From Salinispira sp. (GTDB lineage: Bacteria; Spirochaetota; Spirochaetia; DSM-27196; Salinispiraceae): DNA of 64,000 bases. The notes under the pieces are model-generated. The model worked only from the letters and a program-made list of their open reading frames with translations. It was not told the origin of the DNA and made no database searches. The DNA lies in assembly GCA_965226555.1 (NCBI GenBank), contig CBDDDG010000001.1, positions 128,001 through 192,000 of the forward strand, written 5' to 3'. Of the stretch, positions 20,440 through 30,069 are shown piece after piece. The first letter of the stretch is position 1, and every line of letters begins with the position of its first letter. The translations under genes were made by a program, and so were the position numbers.

Positions 20440-22590
20440 ATGATACTTTTCAATACACGTACTAAAACAGGGAAGTACTCCCTGTTTGTCGTATTCTTAG
20501 TGGTGCTTGCCGTGCTGCTTGCTGGGTGTCCAATGCCGGAACCAAGCCCTGAACCCGATCCAATGACGGAACCGGAACCAATGACGCCGGGCACCATGGA
20601 CGCCCCAACCCTTGAAGCGGGGAATGGTCAACTAACGGTTAACTGGACTCCGCCCGCTGATAACGGTGGCAGCCCCATTACCGCGTATGAACTTCGCCAT
20701 AGCGATGACGGCGGGAGCAACTGGTCGGAGGATATTACTACAGCCGACGCGCCAGCCGCAAGCGCCGCCATCACGAACCTGACAAACGGCACCCCCTACG
20801 TCGCGCAGGTGCGCGCACGGAACAGCGCGGGCGCAGGCGACTGGTCGGGATCGAGCGATGGAGCAATACCTATTACCGTTCCCCTCGCGCCGAATGCGTT
20901 TACGCTCGCAGTGAGTATGCAAACAATTACCGCGTCATGGGCTGCTCCGACCGATACTGGAGGCAGCGCCATTATTCGCTATGAACTACAATATCGCGTA
21001 GTCGGAACACGCGCGTGGGAATCTGCCACCGCCGATGCCGACACCTACACCCTCACCATCCCCAACCTGACAAAAGGTGCAGAGTATGAGGCGCAGGTCT
21101 ACGCTGTCAATGGTCAGGGCAATGGCAACCCAACGGAAATTATGAAAATAACAATTCCGGCTACCAAACCCGCAGCGCTGTCCGCTCCTACGCTCACAGG
21201 CGGAAACGCCCAGATCACCGCAGCATGGACGGCGCCCGATGACGGCGGCAGCCCCATTACCGAGTACCATGTGCAGCACAGAACAAGCGCCGCTAGCACA
21301 TGGTCAACGACCGATACAGATAACATCGCCACTATTACTGATGGTACCACGAGCCACCCCATTACCGGGCTGACAAACGGTGCCTCCTACCACGTACGGG
21401 TGCGCGCGGTCAACGATATCGGCACTAGCGACTGGTCTACACCTGCAACGGGAACAACGGTAATTTCTGCGACACAGACTACTTCTTCGGGTACGGCAGC
21501 GACGGTAGACCTTTCGGCTGCCGCTATGACCATTATTGCCGATGAGACCCCAACCGTTGCTTTGACCGTGGTGGAACCGGGCACTCTCGCGGTTAGTGGA
21601 TCAGGAGACATTACAGTCACCGCCGCAACTGCGCCCGGTACGGTCACCCCTCCGACAGTTGATTCGGGTACCGGAGCTGTTACGGTTACCGCGACGACAA
21701 CGGCAGGAACATATCTGGTATATGGCAGCAAAGCCGGAGACATACTGTTTGCCGAATATTTTTACGTTACCGTGAGTCCTGCTGATAACGCTGCACTGGA
21801 CACAGCGGTAGCTGCGGGAATAAGTAATTGGGGCAATACTGCCGATCTCAACTACATTGTTACCACGGCAGTAACGGATATGACCGATATTTTCAAGGGT
21901 ACACTTGGCGATCCAAACATGTTCAATGGCGATATCTCCGGTTGGGATGTCAGTAAGGTAACGACTATGGAAAATATGTTCAATTATGCAAGCGCATTCA
22001 ATGGCGATATCTCCGGCTGGGATACCAGCGCGGTAACGAGTATGAACTATATGTTCAGTTACGCATTCGCATTCAATGGCGATATCTCCGGCTGGGATGT
22101 CAGCGCGGTAACGAATATGTTCCATATGTTCGATGGCGCAAGAGTATTTAATGGCGATATCTCACTCTGGGATGTCAGTAAGGTAACGAATATGATCTTT
22201 ATGTTCAGTTACGCAAGCGCATTCAATGGCGATATTTCCGGCTGGAATACTCGCGCGGTAACGAATATGAACTATATGTTCTGGGATGCATTCGCATTCA
22301 ATGCCGATATTTCCGGCTGGGATGTCAGCAATGTAACGGGTATGGGTTATATGTTCAATAGCGCAAGAGCATTCAATGCCGATATCTCGGGCTGGGATGT
22401 CAGTTCGGTAGCGATTACGAGCAATATGTTCAATGGAGCAAGGGCATTCAATCAAAATCTTGAGGAGTGGAAGGATCATTGGTCGACTGCTGCCGGGACG
22501 CTTGATGCCGCTGGCACATACACCGGAAACAAAGCAGATATGTTTACGGATTCCGGCGTAACAGGTAATCTGATTCCGTCATGGTTTTAG
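20440..22590 (+). CDS. Surface lipoprotein, 3x fibronectin type III plus DUF285/BspA-like repeats (paralog 1)
   Basis: Lipobox LLAGC, PE linker, FN3 motifs (W..P..GGSPIT.Y; Y.V.VRA.N..G), 25-aa FNGDISGWDVS.VT.M..MF repeats. Confidence 0.9.
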   Translation: MILFNTRTKTGKYSLFVVFLVVLAVLLAGCPMPEPSPEPDPMTEPEPMTPGTMDAPTLEAGNGQLTVNWTPPADNGGSPITAYELRHSDDGGSNWSEDITTADAPAASAAITNLTNGTPYVAQVRARNSAGAGDWSGSSDGAIPITVPLAPNAFTLAVSMQTITASWAAPTDTGGSAIIRYELQYRVVGTRAWESATADADTYTLTIPNLTKGAEYEAQVYAVNGQGNGNPTEIMKITIPATKPAALSAPTLTGGNAQITAAWTAPDDGGSPITEYHVQHRTSAASTWSTTDTDNIATITDGTTSHPITGLTNGASYHVRVRAVNDIGTSDWSTPATGTTVISATQTTSSGTAATVDLSAAAMTIIADETPTVALTVVEPGTLAVSGSGDITVTAATAPGTVTPPTVDSGTGAVTVTATTTAGTYLVYGSKAGDILFAEYFYVTVSPADNAALDTAVAAGISNWGNTADLNYIVTTAVTDMTDIFKGTLGDPNMFNGDISGWDVSKVTTMENMFNYASAFNGDISGWDTSAVTSMNYMFSYAFAFNGDISGWDVSAVTNMFHMFDGARVFNGDISLWDVSKVTNMIFMFSYASAFNGDISGWNTRAVTNMNYMFWDAFAFNADISGWDVSNVTGMGYMFNSARAFNADISGWDVSSVAITSNMFNGARAFNQNLEEWKDHWSTAAGTLDAAGTYTGNKADMFTDSGVTGNLIPSWF

Positions 22591-22592
22591 TA

Positions 22593-22621
22593 GTTTCATA
22601 GCCCGCAGGGGCTATTGAAAC
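22593..22621 (+). repeat. Conserved post-stop hairpin GTTTCATAGCCCGCAGGGGCTATTGAAAC (also at 39386-39414 and, on the minus strand, ~59552-59580)
   Basis: Immediately follows the stop codon of all three FN3/DUF285 genes. Confidence 0.8.
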
Positions 22622-22708
22622 CCTGCAACTCCGGCAGGCGCGGGTTGGGGTGTTCATAGCCCGCAATGGCCATGAGAAAATTTCTCACCTACTTTCAGGA
22701 ATTGTTAC

Positions 22709-23797
22709 ATGTTTGTATCGACCATTACCTACATTGCGCTTGCCTTTGGCATTAACCTTATGTTAACTCCCATCATCATTCGAATAAGCCATAAATATAA
22801 CTGGTACGATACTCCCGACAACCGGAAAATTCATACCGAAAAAACTCCCCGCATTGGCGGAATAGGCTTATTCCTTTCCTTTAGCCTCTCCGTCCTCGTT
22901 CTTGCCCTCTTCCGCCGCTTCACCGATCAGTTCATACCCATGCAGTTTTTTACAAGCAGAAATCTGCTTCTTTTCCTTGGTTTCATTCTTGTTCATGTCA
23001 TTGGCCTCGTGGACGATTTCCATAACATTCCCGCCTTGTACAAGCTGGGCGGGCAGATTCTTGCGGGCGCCTTCGTTGCGCTCGGGGGAGCGCTTATCGA
23101 TGGAATATATCTGCCGATAGCAGGCATTACTATTCCCCTCGGTCCCATGAGCGGTGTGGTAACAATTTTCTGGCTCATTTCCATTTCAAATGCGGTTAAT
23201 CTCATTGATGGTATGGATGGCCTTGCCGGCAGCACGGTGCTCATTGCCTCCGGGGCAATAGGGCTGGTACACCTGCTTGCGGGAAACAATGCCGGTGCGC
23301 TGTATAGTTTCATACTTTGCGGGTCGGTTCTGGCATTTCTGTTTTTCAATAAACCGCGAGCGCATATATTCATGGGCGATTCCGGTTCGCTGTTTCTGGG
23401 TTTTGTGCTTGGTTCGCTGGCATTTATCGGCCCGGGCGATTCATCGGTTCCTTTACGGCATTTCGAAGAGGGATTTATTATTACTTCAACAGTTTTGATC
23501 ATTCCTATTGCCGATATGTTTGCTTCAATACTGCGGCGTATTAGAATGAAGAAGCCAATTTATGCTCCAGACAAGGCGCACATCCACCATAAACTTTTAT
23601 CGCTCGGTATGTCGCCGAAGGCAATTCTGGCAGTTGTTACTGTCGTCAATCTTCTTATGGCTGGAGCAGTTATTGCTCGGGAGTTTTACATATTGAGGAA
23701 TGAGACAGTTGCGGGAGACATTCTCCTGCTCGCTGCTTGGCTGGCGGTCATTATATTGTTTCTCATACTACATTACGTACATCAACGGCGTGGATAA
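22709..23797 (+). CDS. MraY/WecA-family undecaprenyl-phosphate sugar-1-phosphate transferase
   Basis: D.P..RKIH...PRIGG, GLVDD, NAVNLIDGMDGLA, IFMGDSGS, D..HIHH. Confidence 0.9.
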   Translation: MFVSTITYIALAFGINLMLTPIIIRISHKYNWYDTPDNRKIHTEKTPRIGGIGLFLSFSLSVLVLALFRRFTDQFIPMQFFTSRNLLLFLGFILVHVIGLVDDFHNIPALYKLGGQILAGAFVALGGALIDGIYLPIAGITIPLGPMSGVVTIFWLISISNAVNLIDGMDGLAGSTVLIASGAIGLVHLLAGNNAGALYSFILCGSVLAFLFFNKPRAHIFMGDSGSLFLGFVLGSLAFIGPGDSSVPLRHFEEGFIITSTVLIIPIADMFASILRRIRMKKPIYAPDKAHIHHKLLSLGMSPKAILAVVTVVNLLMAGAVIAREFYILRNETVAGDILLLAAWLAVIILFLILHYVHQRRG

Positions 23798-23876
23798 GCG
23801 CGCAGACGCCGCAGGCAGGGGCGCAGATAGCTTAGCTCGCGCCCGGATGGATAAATGCCGCTCGCGTATGCACTAT

Positions 23877-25628
23877 TCAAATTGACAATCCCAGAAGAAT
23901 GTTCAGATAGTTTGCGCTCTTGCGGGCATCTTCAACAAGTTCTGCATTCCATACCTCTTCATGGGTGTATCCTATGCCGAGGTCTATACGAAAATCGGGA
24001 GAGATGAGGAATGCAGCATGTATGTCGATGTTGAATTGCAGATTATGCTCAATAAGGTTCTGGGTGAGAAAACGGGTGTAGGGTTGTCCGGTGGGATCCT
24101 CATATGGAGCCTGAAAGGTGGGCGTACTGCCAATGTACCCCGGGTCAAAAAGATCTCCGGCGCTCCCCTGAATAATGCCCTCGCTGGCGTTGCCGTGGCG
24201 TATGAGCTGGATGCCCGCCCCAAGGCGCAGAGTATGGAACCAGTCCGGCAGCTCCCCCGCAAAGGGTCTCGCCGACCAGTTAAGCCGCCAGCGGTCGCTG
24301 TTCGGCTCAAGCCCGGGACCAATGTTTGTTCCCTTATGGGTATAGTTGCTGTAATTCGCTTCACCCCCGCGCTCATTGCCGCTGCCAAACATCTGCGGCC
24401 GTTCATCCCAATGTGTGTACATGTAGGGCATAACAGCCGTGTAGTCGGCAGTTATCTGATCCAGCCACGGGAGAAGGGGAGACCATGATACTCCGCCCTC
24501 GGCTGCGAATTTATATTTGGTGTCGAACTCAAAGCGGTAAATATCATCGGCGCCAATGTCATCAATAAAAATCACCAGAGGAATGCGAAGGCTTTCAACG
24601 GGGCGAAACAGAAGCTCTATGCCCAGCAGCCCGTTATCGCCGTACCCGCTGATCCCCTGCGAGAACTGCAGAATACCCGGAAGGGGGATGAGATACAGCG
24701 GTTCTATCCGCCCGCCCCAGATAATTGTTTCAATAAAGCCGAAGCCGAACCAGGGCAGAAGGTCGGCATATATACTGTGATAGGCGAGAAATTTCTCGCT
24801 GTACACCCCGCGCCCTTCATCATCGCTGGCAACGAGGGCGCTGAACTGCGAACTGAACAAAATGCGCGATGTGAAATTGTTATTGCTGCCGAGGAAATGC
24901 TCATAGCCGAGGATAAAATGCCCCGCTGCAGGCGCCTGAGACGATATAAGTATGCCATCGTCATAAAAGGGGCCGGCATTCGCCCGGTGAATTCCCACAC
25001 TGAAACTGAAGGAGGAGCGTTCATCGCTGCTGGAGAATGACACAATACTATCCAGAAAGCCGACCGGATATAGTAAGCTGTCAAACAGCGGAATGCTGGC
25101 ATCGCCGACCGCAAACCAGTCCTCTGTTTCCCGTTCCCCCGCCGGGAGCGCGGTACTATTCTGCGAATCGAGTAGCAGGCTGATCTGCGGCAGGGTTTCC
25201 AGCCAGAGTCGGGCGGAATCGGAATCACTCAAAAGCCAATGAACACCCGGCCGAATAATGAGGTTTGTGTGAGTTCCTTCCTCAGTGAAGCGGGCTGTGG
25301 GCAGTGCCGTGAAGGAGATTGCGGGACCCTTTCTGAATGTTTCTTTTGTTTCAGAACCAATGAGTCGATCCAAATAGTCCCGCGCCTGTTTTCGCGCGGT
25401 TTCAGGCAGATCGTTACGCGCCAGCATTTCCCGAAGACGTTCGGTAACAATTCCATGCGCATAGGGCTGAATTTTCGGCAGGGAAGCAAGATAGGCGCCT
25501 GCCTCCCATCGTTCAAGGTCCCGGTAGATATCCGACTCAAGATCGGTAAGCGATATGCTTTGCGCGGTAATAAAAAACGGAAGGAATGTGCATATCAACA
25601 GGAAAATACACAGAAAAATATGTTTCAT
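23877..25628 (-). CDS. Exported outer-membrane protein, capsule assembly Wzi-like
   Basis: Signal peptide; 'GFIETIIWGGR.EP.YL.P', 'DNGLLG', 'PYMYTH', 'G..LEPNSD' recall Wzi-family barrels. Confidence 0.55.
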   Translation of the reverse strand: MKHIFLCIFLLICTFLPFFITAQSISLTDLESDIYRDLERWEAGAYLASLPKIQPYAHGIVTERLREMLARNDLPETARKQARDYLDRLIGSETKETFRKGPAISFTALPTARFTEEGTHTNLIIRPGVHWLLSDSDSARLWLETLPQISLLLDSQNSTALPAGERETEDWFAVGDASIPLFDSLLYPVGFLDSIVSFSSSDERSSFSFSVGIHRANAGPFYDDGILISSQAPAAGHFILGYEHFLGSNNNFTSRILFSSQFSALVASDDEGRGVYSEKFLAYHSIYADLLPWFGFGFIETIIWGGRIEPLYLIPLPGILQFSQGISGYGDNGLLGIELLFRPVESLRIPLVIFIDDIGADDIYRFEFDTKYKFAAEGGVSWSPLLPWLDQITADYTAVMPYMYTHWDERPQMFGSGNERGGEANYSNYTHKGTNIGPGLEPNSDRWRLNWSARPFAGELPDWFHTLRLGAGIQLIRHGNASEGIIQGSAGDLFDPGYIGSTPTFQAPYEDPTGQPYTRFLTQNLIEHNLQFNIDIHAAFLISPDFRIDLGIGYTHEEVWNAELVEDARKSANYLNILLGLSI

Positions 25629-25631
25629 ACG

Positions 25632-25967
25632 TTATGCATCCCCTTCCCTGACAGCATCTTCTATCTCTTCGATGAGAATTCCATCTTCGTCCGATTTTAT
25701 GTCGATATACTTTAAAACATCCGTGCCAAATTCATCTGATAGTTTGCCAAAGGCACTGGAGATGAAGGAAGATGGATACCCCCACGTACCGTCAAAATCA
25801 ATCCAGACCTTTTTCTTTTCTGCTATTGCCTTTTTTACATTATGCTTTAAATAATCTTCAAAAAACTCCTGCCCGGAAAACTTACCATCGCTTCGTTCCC
25901 GGGCGCCAACAGAATCGCTGAAGTCAGTGGCAACAATAATTTCTATTCTATCCTTTTGATCCTTCAT
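25632..25967 (-). CDS. STAS-like domain protein (DUF4325)
   Basis: DFS...GAR...DG.FSGQEF and IDFDGT.GY.SSFI..AFG.L patterns. Confidence 0.8.
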   Translation of the reverse strand: MKDQKDRIEIIVATDFSDSVGARERSDGKFSGQEFFEDYLKHNVKKAIAEKKKVWIDFDGTWGYPSSFISSAFGKLSDEFGTDVLKYIDIKSDEDGILIEEIEDAVREGDA

Positions 25968-26174
25968 TGCTCCAAACCCTCACTTTGGGATAATATATAG
26001 CACAAAGTTTTGCAAAATGCAAAAGTTTCAGCATATACATCATTTATTGACAGTGTTTCATGAAAATTCATACTGGGGATGATGGGGTCTGCTCAAAGGT
26101 TTATATCCCATATATCCCACGAGTTCTTTTTTTTCCGCTTGATATCATACAGATATTCTGATATATTTCTCGTA

Positions 26175-26315
26175 TTGATTTTCAGGGCAGGGTGATTCTG
26201 GGCAATGTATTGTTCAGAAAATTCCTGACCGGCGGTGAAAGCCCGCGACTCCCTTAGGGGATTGAACCGGTGAAATTCCGGTGCCGACGGTATAGTCCGG
26301 ATGGAAGAAAATCGA
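26175..26315 (+). ncRNA. FMN riboswitch (RFN element)
   Basis: AGGGCAGGGTGA..AATTCCTGACCGGCGGT..AGCCCGCGA..GA..CCGGTGAAATTCCGGTGCCGACGGTATAGTCCGGATGGAAGA, upstream of ribD. Confidence 0.95.
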
Positions 26316-26442
26316 CAATTCATGCCGTGCTCATGCTCCGCGTGTTCATTACCTCTGTCATTGATGGTACATTAATTGACGGAGGCAGATTGTTCCTTTC
26401 ATGCCCTCCCTGTTTTTCTATCCTTATTTCAGGAGAGCTGAC

Positions 26443-27636
26443 ATGAGTGATGAACAGTGGATGGACAGGGCTATTGCTCATGCGCGGAAGGGGCGGGTTT
26501 CTCCCAATCCGCAGGTCGGCGCCGTTCTGGTTGAGGATGGGCGGGTTCTCGGGGAGGGCTTCCATGAAGTGCACGGCGGAGCTCATGCCGAGCGTAATGC
26601 CATTGATGATGCCGTCCGCCGCAGCGGTACAAGCACATTCCCGAATGCAACACTCTATTGCACCTTGGAACCCTGCTGTTATACTCATCCATCAAAGCGC
26701 CAACCGCCCTGTACCTCCGCAATTATTGAAGCGGGTATTTCACGTGTTGTTCTTGCCCATCGCGACCCCAATCCGCATGTCCGCGGAAGGGGCTGCGATC
26801 TTCTGCGGAAGCAGGGGATCGTTGTTGAAACAGGCTGCAGAAGACAGGCTGCGCAGGAACTCAACTCCGGCTTTATTACCCGCATGCTGAGCGGAAAACC
26901 TCATGTGCGCATAAAGCTTGCGCAGTCTGTCGATGGCCGTATTGCGAGCATAACAGGAGATTCCCGCTGGATCAGCGATGAACAGGCACGGCGCCGTGTT
27001 CATGAGATGCGGGCAGCCTCCGATGCTCTTATGGTCGGTGCAGGAACCATCCGCGCCGATGATCCCCGCCTCGATGTTCGGCATGTTGAAGGAGCAAACC
27101 CCCGCATTATTATTCCCGATCCGCTGCTCTCTGTTTCTCCCGAATCTCGGGCAGTGAAGGAGGGGACAATTATTTTTCACACCGCAGCTGCTCCCGGGGA
27201 GCGCCGCCGCATCTTTACGGAGAGCGGCGCCGAGTTATGCGAGCTTCCGCATCAAAATCGGCAGGCAAATCAACAGAACGATCAGCAGGCAAATCAACAG
27301 AACGATAAGCAGGCAAATCAACAGAAAAATCAGCAGACCGAGCACATTTCACTGAATGATCTGCTTCTGGAATTGGGCAGGCGGCAGATAAATACCCTTC
27401 TCGTTGAGGGCGGGGCAGGCATTGTTACCTCGCTTATACGGGAGGGTCTGTTTGATGAGCTTATTCTGTTTATTGCGCCCATGGTGATCGGGAGGGGATT
27501 GGCAGGCATTGGGGAGCTGGGAATACGGAATGTTGAGGAATCTGAGCGCCTGAACCATGTGAGCTGGGAAGTGATCGGAGATCAGGTAATGTTCAGAGGA
27601 AGAAGACGGGGAGCAGTATGTTTACAGGAATTATAG
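26443..27636 (+). CDS. ribD: Riboflavin biosynthesis deaminase/reductase
   Basis: PNPQVGAV, HAE, TLEPC, PPC, KLAQSVDGRIA, LLVEGG; AGGAG SD before ATG 26443. Confidence 0.95.
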   Translation: MSDEQWMDRAIAHARKGRVSPNPQVGAVLVEDGRVLGEGFHEVHGGAHAERNAIDDAVRRSGTSTFPNATLYCTLEPCCYTHPSKRQPPCTSAIIEAGISRVVLAHRDPNPHVRGRGCDLLRKQGIVVETGCRRQAAQELNSGFITRMLSGKPHVRIKLAQSVDGRIASITGDSRWISDEQARRRVHEMRAASDALMVGAGTIRADDPRLDVRHVEGANPRIIIPDPLLSVSPESRAVKEGTIIFHTAAAPGERRRIFTESGAELCELPHQNRQANQQNDQQANQQNDKQANQQKNQQTEHISLNDLLLELGRRQINTLLVEGGAGIVTSLIREGLFDELILFIAPMVIGRGLAGIGELGIRNVEESERLNHVSWEVIGDQVMFRGRRRGAVCLQEL

Positions 27637-28238
27637 AAGAAATTGGAGTAGTGAAGAGTGTGCAGACTATGTCGGGGGGGCGCCGCCTGCGCATTGAGGC
27701 GCCCGGGTCGCTAGGTAAAATTGGGAGTTCCATTTCGGTGGATGGCGTATGTCAGACTGTTGTCAGACACGATACGCGCTGTTTTACGGTGGAATGTCTG
27801 GAGGTAAGTCTGCAGAAGACGACCCTTGGAAATCTGCGTGAGCATTCCCGTGTTAACCTGGAGCGCGCGCTGCCTGCCAATGGAAGACTGGACGGACACA
27901 TTGTGCAGGGGCATGTGAACGGCAGGGGAAAAATTGAGGATATTGAGCAGCGGGGAGACAACCGATATATTTCCATTTCACTGTCTCCCTCATTGGCGTC
28001 TTCATTGGCACCGCAGCTCATGTCTGCCTGCATTCCTGAAGGATCCATTGCGGTTAACGGTGTGAGCCTTACCATTGCGGAGATGAGGAAGGAATCAATA
28101 CTCATTAATATCATTCCCCATACCTGGGAACATACAACATTCCATTTTTCTCAGGTCGATGATGATGTCAATGTTGAAACCGATATTTTTGCCCGTTATA
28201 TTGAGCATTTTTTTAATGTAGTGAGGGAACGCAGATGA
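27618..28238 (+). CDS. ribE: Riboflavin synthase
   Basis: MFTGIIEE N-terminus, VNLERAL, GHIVQGHV. Confidence 0.95.
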   Translation: MFTGIIEEIGVVKSVQTMSGGRRLRIEAPGSLGKIGSSISVDGVCQTVVRHDTRCFTVECLEVSLQKTTLGNLREHSRVNLERALPANGRLDGHIVQGHVNGRGKIEDIEQRGDNRYISISLSPSLASSLAPQLMSACIPEGSIAVNGVSLTIAEMRKESILINIIPHTWEHTTFHFSQVDDDVNVETDIFARYIEHFFNVVRERR

Positions 28239-29524
28239 TTGATAAGACTGATAAGACTGATATGAAGGCTGTTCTGAATGAACTGAAAGACGGCAGGATG
28301 ATTATTGTTACTGATGATGAGGACAGGGAAAATGAGGGCGATTTGCTCATGGCAGCTTCCTGTGTCCGTGCCCGAGATGTCAATTTCATGGCAAAATACG
28401 GCAGGGGACTGATATGTCAGTCCATAACCGCTGAACGGGCGCGCACTCTGGGGCTTCATGCCATGGCGCCGGATAACAATGCTGCTCTCAGCACTGCCTT
28501 CACGGTGAGTGTCGATGCCCGCGGCACGACAAGCACCGGTATTTCTGCCGCCGACCGCGCTGCCACAGTGCGCACCATTATCCACCCCAATACGAAACCC
28601 GATGATCTCCTGCGCCCCGGGCATATTTTTCCGCTTATTGCGCATGAAAAGGGAGTTCTCGGCCGCAGGGGGCATACTGAAGCCGGGGTTGATCTGGCGC
28701 GAATGGCCGGACTCCAGCCCTCAGCGCTTATCTGTGAAATTATGGATGACGATGGGACAATGGCGCGGGGAGACCGGCTTAAGGAATTGGCGGCTAAGTG
28801 GGGCGTAGCTATGGTTACTATTCAGGATATTATCGATTTTCGCCTGCGGAATGAATTGAAGCGTGTTGCCGAAACCAGATTACCCACCGATTATGGCGAT
28901 TTTCACCTCATTGCCTATGAACCCGAGGCCTTTGCCCTTATAAAAAAGACTCCCGCGAGCGCGCCGAGCGCGCCGCAAAACCCCGCTGGCGCTGCGGACT
29001 CATCCCCGAAAGGCGCTGCGAAGGGCAGCCGGGGCGTTGCGGGCGCGCCGGGAGCTCATCCGCGTCCGCGTCCGCTGGTGCGCATTCATTCCGAGTGCCT
29101 CACCGGTGAATCCTGGGGTTCTCGGCGCTGCGATTGCGGCTTTCAGCTTCACCATGCCATGAGCCTCATGGAAGAGGAGGGGGCTGGGGTCATTGTGTAT
29201 CTGCGCCAGGAGGGGAGGGGAATTGGGCTCGTGAACAAAATCAGGGCCTATGTTCTTCAGGATGAGGGTATGGATACTGAAGAGGCTAATCGGCATCTGC
29301 ATTTACCGATAGATGACAGAGATTATCGTCTGGCCGCTGCAATTCTGTCGGACCTTGATATCGGCAGCTGCAGACTGCTCACAAACAATCCTGAAAAAAT
29401 TAATGCCCTTGAAGGCTTCGATATGCAGCGTGTGAGTCTGGAGGCTGAACAAAATGCCGATAATCGGTATTATCTTAAAACAAAGAAAGAAAAATTCGGA
29501 CATTTATTATCACTCCGTAAGTGA
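28235..29524 (+). CDS. ribBA: Bifunctional DHBP synthase / GTP cyclohydrolase II
   Basis: [40 protein letters not shown]. Confidence 0.95.
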   Translation: MIDKTDKTDMKAVLNELKDGRMIIVTDDEDRENEGDLLMAASCVRARDVNFMAKYGRGLICQSITAERARTLGLHAMAPDNNAALSTAFTVSVDARGTTSTGISAADRAATVRTIIHPNTKPDDLLRPGHIFPLIAHEKGVLGRRGHTEAGVDLARMAGLQPSALICEIMDDDGTMARGDRLKELAAKWGVAMVTIQDIIDFRLRNELKRVAETRLPTDYGDFHLIAYEPEAFALIKKTPASAPSAPQNPAGAADSSPKGAAKGSRGVAGAPGAHPRPRPLVRIHSECLTGESWGSRRCDCGFQLHHAMSLMEEEGAGVIVYLRQEGRGIGLVNKIRAYVLQDEGMDTEEANRHLHLPIDDRDYRLAAAILSDLDIGSCRLLTNNPEKINALEGFDMQRVSLEAEQNADNRYYLKTKKEKFGHLLSLRK

Positions 29525-29536
29525 GAGGAGAAATGT

Positions 29537-29998
29537 ATGACTATCACAGAGGGTATGCTTGATGCCCGGGGCAAAAAATTTGCTATTGTACAGAGCCAAT
29601 GTAATGGTATGATCACATCCAGCCTTGTTGAGGGAGCGGTGAGCTGTATTATCCGCCACAATGGGCAGGATGAGAATATCAGCGTGGTGAAGGTGCCGGG
29701 AGCATTCGAAATTCCGCTCATCACCAAAAAACTGGCCCGTAGCGGACAGTATGATGCTGTTATCTGTCTCGGAGCGATCATTCGGGGGGCAACGCCTCAT
29801 TTTGAGTATTTAGCAGCGCAGGTCACCAGGGATGTGAGCGCCATTGCGCTGGAAACATTGGTACCGGCGGCTTTCGGTATTCTGACAACCGACAGTATTG
29901 AACAGGCCATAGAACGGGCCGGCACAAAGTCGGGCAACAAGGGCTGGGAGGCAGCTGCGGCAGCCATTGAAATGGCATCTCTCATTGAAAAACTGTAA
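29537..29998 (+). CDS. ribH: 6,7-dimethyl-8-ribityllumazine synthase
   Basis: VPGAFEIP, LGAIIRGATPHF, NKGWEAA. Confidence 0.95.
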   Translation: MTITEGMLDARGKKFAIVQSQCNGMITSSLVEGAVSCIIRHNGQDENISVVKVPGAFEIPLITKKLARSGQYDAVICLGAIIRGATPHFEYLAAQVTRDVSAIALETLVPAAFGILTTDSIEQAIERAGTKSGNKGWEAAAAAIEMASLIEKL

Positions 29999-29999
29999 T

Positions 30000-30069
30000 C
30001 CGCATCAATCCGCCAGCCCCCGCATCAATCTGCCAGCCCCCGCATCAATCCGCCAGACCTCCCGCATCA
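30000..30069. repeat. 20-bp tandem repeat (cgcatcaatccgccagcccc) x3 plus a partial copy, filling the ribH/trkH convergent gap
   Basis: Directly visible. Confidence 0.9.

Noticed and set aside
21880..22470. Diversity-generating retroelement acting on the DUF285 repeats
   Set aside because: No reverse transcriptase or non-coding template repeat in the window, and the differences are not adenine-specific.
22593..22680. CRISPR mini-array (29-nt palindromic repeat ending ATTGAAAC, with a partial second copy 58 bp later)
   Set aside because: Only one full repeat per locus. The would-be spacer is conserved after the other two paralogs rather than unique, and there are no cas genes in the window.
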